A stretch of 64,000 bases of DNA from Escherichia coli. GTDB taxonomy: Bacteria > Pseudomonadota > Gammaproteobacteria > Enterobacterales > Enterobacteriaceae. Positions 27,745 to 36,693 of the stretch are shown in pieces (position 1 is the stretch's first letter; each line of letters starts with the position of its first letter). The notes below the pieces were generated by a model that was not told the origin of the DNA, did not search any database, and saw only the letters and a list, made by a program, of their open reading frames with translations. Position numbers and translations under genes: made by a program. Location of the stretch: the NCBI RefSeq assembly GCF_003019035.1, contig NZ_CP027447.1, one strand, 5' to 3'.

Positions 27745-28148
27745 ACATTAGCGATGTAGCAAAAATTACCGGCCTGACCAGCAAAGCAATCCGCTTCTAT
27801 GAAGAGAAGGGGCTGGTGACGCCGCCGATGCGCAGCGAAAATGGTTATCGAACCTACACGCAGCAGCATCTCAACGAACTGACCTTACTGCGGCAGGCAC
27901 GCCAGGTGGGCTTTAACCTGGAAGAGAGCGGCGAGCTGGTGAATCTGTTTAACGATCCGCAGCGTCACAGTGCCGACGTCAAACGTCGTACGTTGGAGAA
28001 GGTAGCGGAGATCGAACGGCATATCGAAGAACTGCAATCCATGCGCAACCAGCTACTGGCGCTGGCGAATGCCTGCCCCGGTGATGACAGCGCCGACTGC
28101 CCGATTATCGAAAATCTCTCCGGCTGCTGTCATCATCGGGCGGGGTGA
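27741..28148 (+). CDS. cueR: MerR-family copper-responsive regulator CueR
   Basis: 135-aa translation with N-terminal MerR HTH and C-terminal Cys motif ([10 protein letters not shown]), matching my recollection of CueR; its ATG overlaps the HlyD-family stop (ATGA). Confidence 0.9.
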
Positions 28149-28151
28149 AAA

Positions 28152-28355
28152 TCAGTTAATCCCCGTTTGCACCGAAAGAATATGCTGCAAACTTTCTACC
28201 ATAATGCGCCCCGACTGAAATAAGCCTTCCTGGATTTCGTTGTTAACATTCACAGCGTGAACCAGGGAGGCTAATAACACCACTTGCAAGAAGGCAAAAA
28301 TAAACGCACCGATAATCATAATATGCGTCAGGGGGATTTTCCTTTGCTCCTTCAT
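28152..28355 (-). CDS. Small single-pass membrane protein (hypothetical)
   Basis: 67-aa ORF with one hydrophobic helix; 4-nt overlap with the upstream lipoprotein gene suggests translational coupling. Confidence 0.4.
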   Translation of the reverse strand: MKEQRKIPLTHIMIIGAFIFAFLQVVLLASLVHAVNVNNEIQEGLFQSGRIMVESLQHILSVQTGIN

Positions 28356-28774
28356 TTTAAATAACCCACAAACTGACCTTCCTTCATTAAGGCGACTTTT
28401 CCCGTGTGGTGATAAACAATGACGTTATAAAGACCTGACTGATAAACAGTGGCATCTTTATTGTCTTCATCAATTGCACATAATGAATCATTGAGATAAG
28501 CAAAGTTCTTACTGCTCATTCTAAAGGTCATGCCAAATCCTTTATAAATGGCTTTCTTTGCCGCCTGGGCATGTTGTGCGGCTTCTGCATTTTTAAATGC
28601 CTGCGCCTCGGATGCACTTAAAATAGCCGTCTGACGCTGCTGTTCTGCGAGATAACAGGTGTCATGGCTGACGCCCTGCGCCTGGCAATCTGCGATGCGG
28701 GAAGTGGGTGAACTACAGCCAGCCAGTAATATAACCGCCAGCAGGGAAAACGATTTAATGGAGCTATTCATCAT
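28352..28774 (-). CDS. Lipoprotein (hypothetical), possible partner of the adjacent autotransporter
   Basis: 140 aa; signal peptide with lipobox LLAGC; lies immediately downstream of the YadA-like gene on the same strand. Confidence 0.6.
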   Translation of the reverse strand: MMNSSIKSFSLLAVILLAGCSSPTSRIADCQAQGVSHDTCYLAEQQRQTAILSASEAQAFKNAEAAQHAQAAKKAIYKGFGMTFRMSSKNFAYLNDSLCAIDEDNKDATVYQSGLYNVIVYHHTGKVALMKEGQFVGYLK

Positions 28775-28827
28775 TGTTAACCTTAAATAATGTGCGGAAA
28801 ATTGCGAATAAGAAATTGCTGTTAAAA

Positions 28828-29844
28828 TTAGAACGAATATCCCACGCCGACACCCGCACCGAAATCAGATTGTGTATCCGCAGAAATACCTGCTTTAAGT
28901 ACCGTATGCGTTCCGGCATTAAAAGATGTTCCTACAGACACCGCAGATTCACCGTTGAACGTTCCCGCTCCCGCTGACACCATCATCACGTCACCGGTTT
29001 TCACCTGTGGTTGTGAGGCGATAGCAATGGCAGATGCAGTTCCCGCATTGGCTTCTTTACGATTGTCCTCAACTTCGTTTTTCAGAGAATCGAAATGGTT
29101 ATTGAGCGTGTTAATTTGTTGGCTGTTATCTGCGACCCGTTTTTGCGTGTTGGTTAACTGTTGCTGCGTTTGTGCGGAATCTTGTCTCAGACTTTCAATT
29201 TGCTCATGTGCCTGGACAGACTTCTGCGCCAGACTTTGCATTTGTTTATCGTATTGAGCCCTTTCTTTTTGCTGTTGTGCTGCCACATCGGTTGTCAGTG
29301 CATTCATTTTCTGCCCTTGTTCCGTGGTAGTGCGCTGATTAGCCTCATTTTGAGCCGCCAGCCTGGCATTAATCATCTCCTGATAATGCGCGGTATTTTG
29401 CGTATCTCCAGTCGCGGCGAGCGTTTTTTGTGTGGCTACGATCTGCGCCTGTTGCTCTGTAATTTGCGTTTGCTGGGCGTCAGTTACCGCAGACTGTCGG
29501 GCGTTGATCATGCTCTGATAACGGGCGGTTGTCTGTACATCACCTGTAGCGGCAACGGTTTTTTGTCCTGCGTCAGGATCTGTCTGGACAGGGGGAGTCT
29601 GAGTGGTATCAGGTGTTTCAGAAGGGATGTAGTGATGTTCAGTCAAATAGGTATACGCAGCGGGGCTGTTGTCTGTGCGTTCTAAAAAGCGGGTAATCTT
29701 CTGCTCAATCTCCGATTGCGACATGCCGGAGTTAATGGCTGAAAGCTCTGTTGCCGCCGCTTCAATGGTATCACCAGCTAAAACAACAGGGCTGGATGTT
29801 GCTGAAATTATGAGTGCCAGTAAAGCTACGTTTACAGTTTTCAT
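28828..29844 (-). CDS. Short trimeric autotransporter adhesin (YadA-like C-terminal anchor)
   Basis: 338 aa; signal peptide; Q/T-rich coiled stalk containing two tandem ~45-aa repeats; C-terminus ...ASAIAIASQP...GAGVGVGYSF resembles the YadA-type beta-barrel anchor with a terminal aromatic residue. Confidence 0.72.
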   Translation of the reverse strand: MKTVNVALLALIISATSSPVVLAGDTIEAAATELSAINSGMSQSEIEQKITRFLERTDNSPAAYTYLTEHHYIPSETPDTTQTPPVQTDPDAGQKTVAATGDVQTTARYQSMINARQSAVTDAQQTQITEQQAQIVATQKTLAATGDTQNTAHYQEMINARLAAQNEANQRTTTEQGQKMNALTTDVAAQQQKERAQYDKQMQSLAQKSVQAHEQIESLRQDSAQTQQQLTNTQKRVADNSQQINTLNNHFDSLKNEVEDNRKEANAGTASAIAIASQPQVKTGDVMMVSAGAGTFNGESAVSVGTSFNAGTHTVLKAGISADTQSDFGAGVGVGYSF

Positions 29845-30002
29845 TCATTTTCTCTTGTTCAAAATAAGTCGCATTGATGTTTCTATAAGAAACAAATAAT
29901 ATTGCTTTAAGAAATAAACTGCGTTGCAATTTGATCGAAATCTACGCCGCCATTTGTGTGATGTAAAGCGCATTTTTGTCTTGTGTAAGCGTAAACACCA
30001 CC

Positions 30003-30027
30003 AATAAGAAACAAAAATAGTTTCTTA
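30003..30027. promoter_or_regulatory. Palindromic candidate operator in the divergent intergenic region
   Basis: ataagaaac-N7-gtttcttat, perfect 9-bp arms; the half-site taagaaacaaa also occurs near 29886. Confidence 0.3.
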
Positions 30028-30209
30028 TATAAATAAAAAAGGAAATTATTTCGTGCTCTTTCAATGTAAAAAAGAGTAAAGACTTGTTTTGATAAGCGAA
30101 ATAAATTCTGTTTCTGGACTAAACGTGAAGCGGTTCCTGATGTGTGCTAAAATGCGTTTCTTTGATAAATCTCAATTTTTAAGAGGTTTACGCCAGGCAG
30201 GAAATTTAA

Positions 30210-30572
30210 ATGAATGAATTTGAGAAGATTTTTAATGAAATGAATCTGGACCGGGCATTGCTACCGATCCTTTTTCGTTCGAACCGGTCGACAGTGTGGA
30301 AGTATTTAAGCGGCGATAGTACGGCTCCTGCCTCTGCCATGTCGCTGATCATGCTGTTGCAGTTGATCCAGAAACGAAACCCCGATCTGTTAGCCGAATG
30401 GTTAACGCTTTCTGATTTCACCATTCCGCCAGAAGTTTACCTGGACCAACCTGATTACTGGAAAGGGTGGGTGTATACCCAACACAAGGTCAATAAAAAC
30501 GTCCTGGAATATCTAAAAAAACACTATCCGGATGAAGACCAAAAAAGTATGGGTAAAGGCCGGGAAGAGTAA
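30210..30572 (+). CDS. Hypothetical protein, possible XRE-like HTH regulator
   Basis: 120-aa ORF divergent from the autotransporter operon; segment RSTVWKYLSGDSTAPASAMSLIMLLQLIQKRNPDLL resembles an HTH-plus-recognition pattern. Not recognised as a K-12 gene. Confidence 0.5.
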   Translation: MNEFEKIFNEMNLDRALLPILFRSNRSTVWKYLSGDSTAPASAMSLIMLLQLIQKRNPDLLAEWLTLSDFTIPPEVYLDQPDYWKGWVYTQHKVNKNVLEYLKKHYPDEDQKSMGKGREE

Positions 30573-30594
30573 TTTTGCCTCTACTCGGCTATAT

Positions 30595-30680
30595 GCCGGA
30601 TGCGGCGCAAGCGCCTTATCTGGCCTACGATTCGGGCATATTTTGTAGGCATGATAAGACGCGTCAGCGTCGCATCAGGC
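30595..30680. repeat. REP pair (BIME-like)
   Basis: gccggatgcggcgcaagcgccttatctggcctac and an inverted copy tgtaggcatgataagacgcgtcagcgtcgcatcaggc; the second overlaps the ybbJ stop. Confidence 0.6.
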
Positions 30681-31133
30681 GATGACCGCACGGATGATCA
30701 GCGTTATCCCTTCTATCGCAATGACTTCAACATGCGTACCTGCACCGAGATCCTCGCTGGCGCTGACAGGCCATGAACTGTCGCCGACGCGCATATGACC
30801 GCGCCCGTTGACCAGCGGAGATTCCAGCACAAAACGTCGGCCAATCAGCTGCTGCCCGCGCTGGTTTAAATGACTGTCGCTGTGCTTTTGTTCGCGCACC
30901 CGCCGCGACAACCATTTCCACCACAGCCAGGCGGCGAGCAGCGTCAGGATGGCAAACATCACCCCTTGCCACTCCCAACCCAGCGGCACCAGCCAGACCA
31001 CCAGGCCGGTAATCACCGCTGCCACGCCGCTCCACAACAAATAACCATTTCCGCCCAGCATCTCGGCTGCCAGCAGCAACCCGCCGAGACTGAGCCAGAA
31101 AATATGTGGATGAACGACCATTAACTCCATCAT
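30675..31133 (-). CDS. ybbJ: NfeD-like inner membrane protein, partner of QmcA
   Basis: 152-aa membrane protein; overlaps the stop of the upstream stomatin-like gene; synteny. Confidence 0.85.
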   Translation of the reverse strand: MMELMVVHPHIFWLSLGGLLLAAEMLGGNGYLLWSGVAAVITGLVVWLVPLGWEWQGVMFAILTLLAAWLWWKWLSRRVREQKHSDSHLNQRGQQLIGRRFVLESPLVNGRGHMRVGDSSWPVSASEDLGAGTHVEVIAIEGITLIIRAVIA

Positions 31134-32047
31134 GGCTGAGTCCGTTTGTTGGCGCTGTCTTTCACCAGCTCGGCAATCCCGGCAATCGACCCCATCAGGC
31201 TGCTGGCCTCTAATGGCATCATCACTACTTTGCTGTTACTGGAGGAACCGATCTGCTGTAACGCTTCGGTGTATTTCTGTGCGACGAAGTAGTTCACCGC
31301 CTGAATATCGCCGGAGGCAATGGCTTCAGACACCATTTTGGTGGCGCGGGCTTCCGCTTCGGCAGAACGTTCACGCGCTTCGGCCTGTAAGAATGCCGAC
31401 TGACGTTCACCTTCCGCTTTCAGGATTTGCGACTGTTTTTCACCTTCGGCTTTGAGGATTTCCGCCTGACGGATCCCTTCCGCTTCAAGGATGTAAGCGC
31501 GTTTGGTACGTTCCGCTTTCATCTGCGCGTTCATTGAAGAGATAAGCTCTGCCGGTGGGCGCACGTCGCGAATTTCAATACGGGTGACTTTAATCCCCCA
31601 CGGGTTGGTGGCCTCATCGACAATACGCAGCAGGCGTGAGTTGATGCTGTCGCGCTGAGAGAGCATTTCATCAAGTTCCATTGAACCCAGCACGGTACGG
31701 ATGTTAGTCATGGTCAGGTTGATGATCGCCAGCTCCAGATTGCTGACTTCATAAGCGGCGCGCGGGGCATCAATCACCTGAATAAAGCACACGGCGTCGA
31801 TGGTAACGTTGGCGTTATCTTTCGAGATAACTTCCTGGGAAGGGATGTCGAGCACTTGCTCCATCATATTGATCTTGCGACCAATGCGATCCATAAAGGG
31901 CACCACCAGGCTTAGACCTGGCTGTAACGTTTTGGTATAGCGACCAAAACGCTCTACCGTCCATTGATAGCCCTGCGGCACGATTTTGACGCCCGCGCCG
32001 ACAATGACCAGCGCGACAAAAATGAGAATAGGGATAAAGATAAGCAT
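31130..32047 (-). CDS. qmcA: Stomatin/prohibitin-family (SPFH) membrane protein
   Basis: 305-aa translation with an N-terminal TM segment and SPFH domain; synteny with ybbJ. Confidence 0.88.
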   Translation of the reverse strand: MLIFIPILIFVALVIVGAGVKIVPQGYQWTVERFGRYTKTLQPGLSLVVPFMDRIGRKINMMEQVLDIPSQEVISKDNANVTIDAVCFIQVIDAPRAAYEVSNLELAIINLTMTNIRTVLGSMELDEMLSQRDSINSRLLRIVDEATNPWGIKVTRIEIRDVRPPAELISSMNAQMKAERTKRAYILEAEGIRQAEILKAEGEKQSQILKAEGERQSAFLQAEARERSAEAEARATKMVSEAIASGDIQAVNYFVAQKYTEALQQIGSSSNSKVVMMPLEASSLMGSIAGIAELVKDSANKRTQP

Positions 32048-32192
32048 CGGAAAAACCTCCTGTTGTACCGTCCATAATCAGCAAAATTGCTGCTTGATTA
32101 AACAAATTATACCTGATTACTGAAAGAGAGTTCCCCCTTATTCCTGCGAAGGATAAACTGTTTTTAGTAAAAATCAGAAAAAGGGAACAGTG

Positions 32193-32870
32193 ATGCAGGA
32201 AAATAGTCCTTTGCTTCAGCTACAAAACGTAGGATATCTGGCGAGTGATGCGAAGATTCTTAATAACATCAATTTTTCGCTGCGTGCTGGCGAATTTAAG
32301 TTAATTACCGGTCCTTCTGGTTGTGGCAAAAGTACGCTGCTAAAAATAGTTGCTTCATTGATCAGCCCAACCAGCGGAACGTTACTGTTTGAAGGTGAGG
32401 ATGTCAGCACACTAAAGCCAGAAATCTACCGCCAGCAAGTGTCTTACTGCGCCCAGACGCCGACGCTGTTTGGCGATACGGTATACGATAATCTGATCTT
32501 TCCCTGGCAGATCCGTAACCAGCAGCCTGAACCAGCCATTTTTCTCGATTTTCTCGAACGCTTCGCTTTGCCGGACACCATTTTGACGAAAAATATCGCC
32601 GAGCTATCTGGTGGTGAAAAACAACGCATCTCATTGATTCGTAATCTTCAATTTATGCCGAAGGTTTTATTGCTGGATGAAATCACCAGTGCGCTGGATG
32701 AAAGTAATAAACATAACGTTAATGAGATGATCCATCGTTATGTGCACGAGCAAAATATTGCCGTGCTGTGGGTGACACACGATAAAGACGAAATTAATCA
32801 TGCGGATAAGGTGATTACACTGCAACCGCATGCCGGAGAAATGCAGGAAGCACGCTATGAACTCGCATAA
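32193..32870 (+). CDS. fetA: ABC transporter ATP-binding protein (iron export)
   Basis: Walker A GPSGCGKST and signature LSGGEKQR; 225 aa from the second Met; synteny. Confidence 0.85.
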   Translation: MQENSPLLQLQNVGYLASDAKILNNINFSLRAGEFKLITGPSGCGKSTLLKIVASLISPTSGTLLFEGEDVSTLKPEIYRQQVSYCAQTPTLFGDTVYDNLIFPWQIRNQQPEPAIFLDFLERFALPDTILTKNIAELSGGEKQRISLIRNLQFMPKVLLLDEITSALDESNKHNVNEMIHRYVHEQNIAVLWVTHDKDEINHADKVITLQPHAGEMQEARYELA

Positions 32871-33636
32871 TATTACTAACGAATCATTGGCACTGGCATT
32901 AATGCTGGTGGTGGTGGCAATCTTAATTAGCCATAAAGAAAAACTGGCGCTGGAGAAAGATATTCTCTGGAGCGTCGGGCGCGCGATAATTCAGCTGATT
33001 ATTGTCGGCTATGTGCTGAAGTATATTTTCAGCGTGGATGATGCCAGCCTGACATTATTGATGGTGTTATTTATCTGCTTTAATGCGGCGTGGAATGCGC
33101 AAAAACGCAGTAAATATATTGCTAAAGCTTTTATCTCATCGTTTATTGCCATTACGGTCGGGGCGGGAATTACCCTGGCGGTGCTGATTCTCTCAGGGTC
33201 GATTGAATTTATCCCGATGCAGGTGATCCCTATCGCCGGGATGATAGCCGGTAACGCCATGGTAGCGGTGGGGTTGTGTTACAACAATTTAGGGCAACGC
33301 GTGATTAGCGAACAGCAACAGATTCAGGAGAAACTGAGTCTTGGCGCGACGCCGAAACAGGCTTCAGCGATATTGATTCGCGACAGTATTCGCGCGGCTT
33401 TAATTCCGACGGTCGATTCAGCAAAAACGGTTGGCTTAGTGAGTTTACCAGGAATGATGTCCGGGCTGATATTTGCCGGGATTGATCCGGTGAAGGCGAT
33501 TAAATATCAGATTATGGTGACCTTTATGCTGCTCTCAACCGCCAGCCTGTCGACCATTATTGCCTGCTATTTAACCTATCGTAAATTTTATAATTCGCGC
33601 CACCAGTTGGTGGTGACGCAATTGAAGAAGAAATGA
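32857..33636 (+). CDS. fetB: ABC transporter permease (iron export)
   Basis: Hydrophobic 259-aa protein from MNSHNIT; overlaps fetA 3' end. Confidence 0.82.
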   Translation: MNSHNITNESLALALMLVVVAILISHKEKLALEKDILWSVGRAIIQLIIVGYVLKYIFSVDDASLTLLMVLFICFNAAWNAQKRSKYIAKAFISSFIAITVGAGITLAVLILSGSIEFIPMQVIPIAGMIAGNAMVAVGLCYNNLGQRVISEQQQIQEKLSLGATPKQASAILIRDSIRAALIPTVDSAKTVGLVSLPGMMSGLIFAGIDPVKAIKYQIMVTFMLLSTASLSTIIACYLTYRKFYNSRHQLVVTQLKKK

Positions 33637-33698
33637 TGCAATGCCGGATGCGCAGCATCGCATCCGGCGTTGTGGTTCATGTGCCGATCAACGGAAAC

Positions 33699-34595
<897 letters not shown>

Positions 34596-34613
34596 TTAAG
34601 CGCGCGCTTCAAC

Positions 34614-35423
34614 TCACCCCTGCAATATTTTGTCCATCACGCGCCCCGGCAGCAGGCGCTTAAGCACCATTACCGCCCAGGTCACCAGCGTTACCGGATA
34701 GCGCATCTTCGGCTTCTCGCTAATAAAAGCATGGCGCACTTTGCCGACCACCGCTTCCGGTCCCAACGTAAAGCGGGCGGCGATGCCGGGATTTTCGACT
34801 GGTTTATCACTTTGCGTCTGGTTGACGTTGTCGGTGAAGCGAGTACGAATGGGACCAGGTTCGATCAGGCTAACTTTAATTCCGCTGTGACGTAGCTCCA
34901 TGCGCAGTGCGTCTGACCACGCCTCCAGCGCATATTTACTGGCCGCGTAAGCGCCACGACCCGGCGTGGAGATTAATCCCATCACCGATGAGGTCATCAC
35001 AATACGTCCTTCACCGTGCGGTAACATCGCGGGTAACAGGCGCATGGTGAGCTGGTGTGCGCCGAAAAAGTTGGCGGAAAACTGCTGTTCCATCTGCACA
35101 CGGCTGATGGTGGAAAGGGGGCCATACATGCCGAATCCGGCATTGTTAAAGATCCCATACAGACAATTATCGGTCAGGGCGATCACTTCGTCGGCTGCGC
35201 GATCAACACTTTCTGGTGAATCCAGATCGATCAACACGCCGGTAAATCCCATGCTGTTCATGCGCTCAACATCATCCGCTTTCCGGCAACCTGCCAGCAC
35301 ATGAAAACCCTGGCGTTTTAATTCGAGCGCGCTTTCCAGGCCAATTCCACTGGAACATCCGGTAATTAAGACCGATTTTTGCATAACTTTACCTGTCAGG
35401 ATCTCCGTTGCTTTATGAGTCAT
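34614..35423 (-). CDS. ybbO: Short-chain dehydrogenase/reductase
   Basis: 269 aa; glycine-rich dinucleotide motif TGCSSGIG and YAASK active-site motif. Confidence 0.85.
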   Translation of the reverse strand: MTHKATEILTGKVMQKSVLITGCSSGIGLESALELKRQGFHVLAGCRKADDVERMNSMGFTGVLIDLDSPESVDRAADEVIALTDNCLYGIFNNAGFGMYGPLSTISRVQMEQQFSANFFGAHQLTMRLLPAMLPHGEGRIVMTSSVMGLISTPGRGAYAASKYALEAWSDALRMELRHSGIKVSLIEPGPIRTRFTDNVNQTQSDKPVENPGIAARFTLGPEAVVGKVRHAFISEKPKMRYPVTLVTWAVMVLKRLLPGRVMDKILQG

Positions 35424-36039
35424 GATTTACTAAAGGCTGCAACTGCTTCGCCATCCAGTCGGCAATAAACGGCTGGGCGTCGCGGTTGGGATGAATACCG
35501 TCATCCTGCATCCATTGTGGTTTGAGGTAGACCTCTTCCATAAAAAAGGGCAGCAGCGGAACATCAAACTCTTTGGCGAGTTTGGGGTAAATGGCGCTAA
35601 AGGCTTCATTATAACGGCGACCATAGTTTGCAGGCAGACGTATTTGCATTAACAATGGTTCAGCGTTGGCGGCTTTGACATCCTGCAAAATCTGGCGCAG
35701 CGTTTGCTCGGTTTGTTGTGGCTGAAAACCACGCAAACCGTCATTGCCGCCCAGTTCAACCAGCACCCAACGCGGCTGATGCTGTTTCAGCAGAGCCGGA
35801 AGGCGCGCCAGCCCTTGTTGCGAGGTGTCGCCGCTGATGCTGGCATTGACTACCGACGTTTTACTCTGCCACTTATCATTCAACAAGGCAGGCCAGGCCG
35901 CGCTGGCAGACATTCGATACCCGGCGCTCAGGCTATCACCCAGAATCAATAACGTGTCCGCTGCGGCGGCACGGAAGGTTAACAGGACCAGGAACAGGAA
36001 GGGCAAATGCCAGCGGAAAACATTGTTGAAGTTCATCAT
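35413..36039 (-). CDS. tesA: Periplasmic acyl-CoA thioesterase I / lysophospholipase (SGNH hydrolase)
   Basis: Start chosen at MMNFNNVF (208 aa); signal peptide then GDSLSAGY SGNH motif; overlaps the ybbO 3' end. Confidence 0.88.
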   Translation of the reverse strand: MMNFNNVFRWHLPFLFLVLLTFRAAAADTLLILGDSLSAGYRMSASAAWPALLNDKWQSKTSVVNASISGDTSQQGLARLPALLKQHQPRWVLVELGGNDGLRGFQPQQTEQTLRQILQDVKAANAEPLLMQIRLPANYGRRYNEAFSAIYPKLAKEFDVPLLPFFMEEVYLKPQWMQDDGIHPNRDAQPFIADWMAKQLQPLVNHDS

Positions 36040-36693
36040 CTTAAGAAGTCCGTCGGTCAGGGGGAGCATGAACTCTCCATCCTCACCGGAGTTGAGCTGG
36101 TTGTCAAACGTGGCGAGACCATCGCACTGGTGGGCGAGTCGGGATCGGGTAAGTCAACCTTGCTGGCGATCCTCGCCGGGCTGGATGACGGCAGCAGTGG
36201 CGAAGTGAGTCTGGTGGGACAACCGCTACATAATATGGACGAAGAAGCGCGGGCAAAGTTGCGCGCGAAGCACGTAGGCTTTGTTTTTCAGTCATTTATG
36301 TTAATTCCTACCCTTAACGCGCTGGAAAACGTCGAGCTTCCGGCGCTGCTGCGTGGTGAGAGTAGCGCAGAAAGTCGTAACGGGGCAAAAGCGTTGCTCG
36401 AACAGTTAGGACTGGGTAAACGTCTGGATCATCTTCCGGCACAGCTTTCCGGCGGCGAACAGCAACGAGTGGCGCTGGCGCGAGCTTTTAATGGTCGGCC
36501 TGATGTGCTGTTTGCCGACGAACCCACCGGCAATCTTGACCGCCAGACGGGCGATAAAATTGCCGACCTGCTGTTTTCCCTCAACCGTGAACATGGCACC
36601 ACGTTGATTATGGTGACCCACGACCTGCAACTGGCGGCACGCTGCGACCGCTGCTTACGGCTGGTGAACGGGCAGTTGCAGGAGGAAGCATGA
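36007..36693 (+). CDS. ybbA: ABC transporter ATP-binding protein
   Basis: 228 aa; Walker A GESGSGKST, signature LSGGEQQR; its 5' end overlaps the tesA 5' end by 33 nt on the opposite strand. Confidence 0.88.
   Translation: MPAENIVEVHHLKKSVGQGEHELSILTGVELVVKRGETIALVGESGSGKSTLLAILAGLDDGSSGEVSLVGQPLHNMDEEARAKLRAKHVGFVFQSFMLIPTLNALENVELPALLRGESSAESRNGAKALLEQLGLGKRLDHLPAQLSGGEQQRVALARAFNGRPDVLFADEPTGNLDRQTGDKIADLLFSLNREHGTTLIMVTHDLQLAARCDRCLRLVNGQLQEEA

Noticed and set aside
28955..29899. Plus-strand ORFs (100, 174 and 76 aa) opposite the YadA-like gene
   Set aside because: Antisense to a gene with a clear signal peptide and anchor; translations are Cys/Leu-rich low-complexity.
30727..31124. ORFs of 102 and 84 aa overlapping ybbJ on either strand
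   Set aside because: Nested in the ybbJ coding region; Arg/Ala-rich low-complexity translations.
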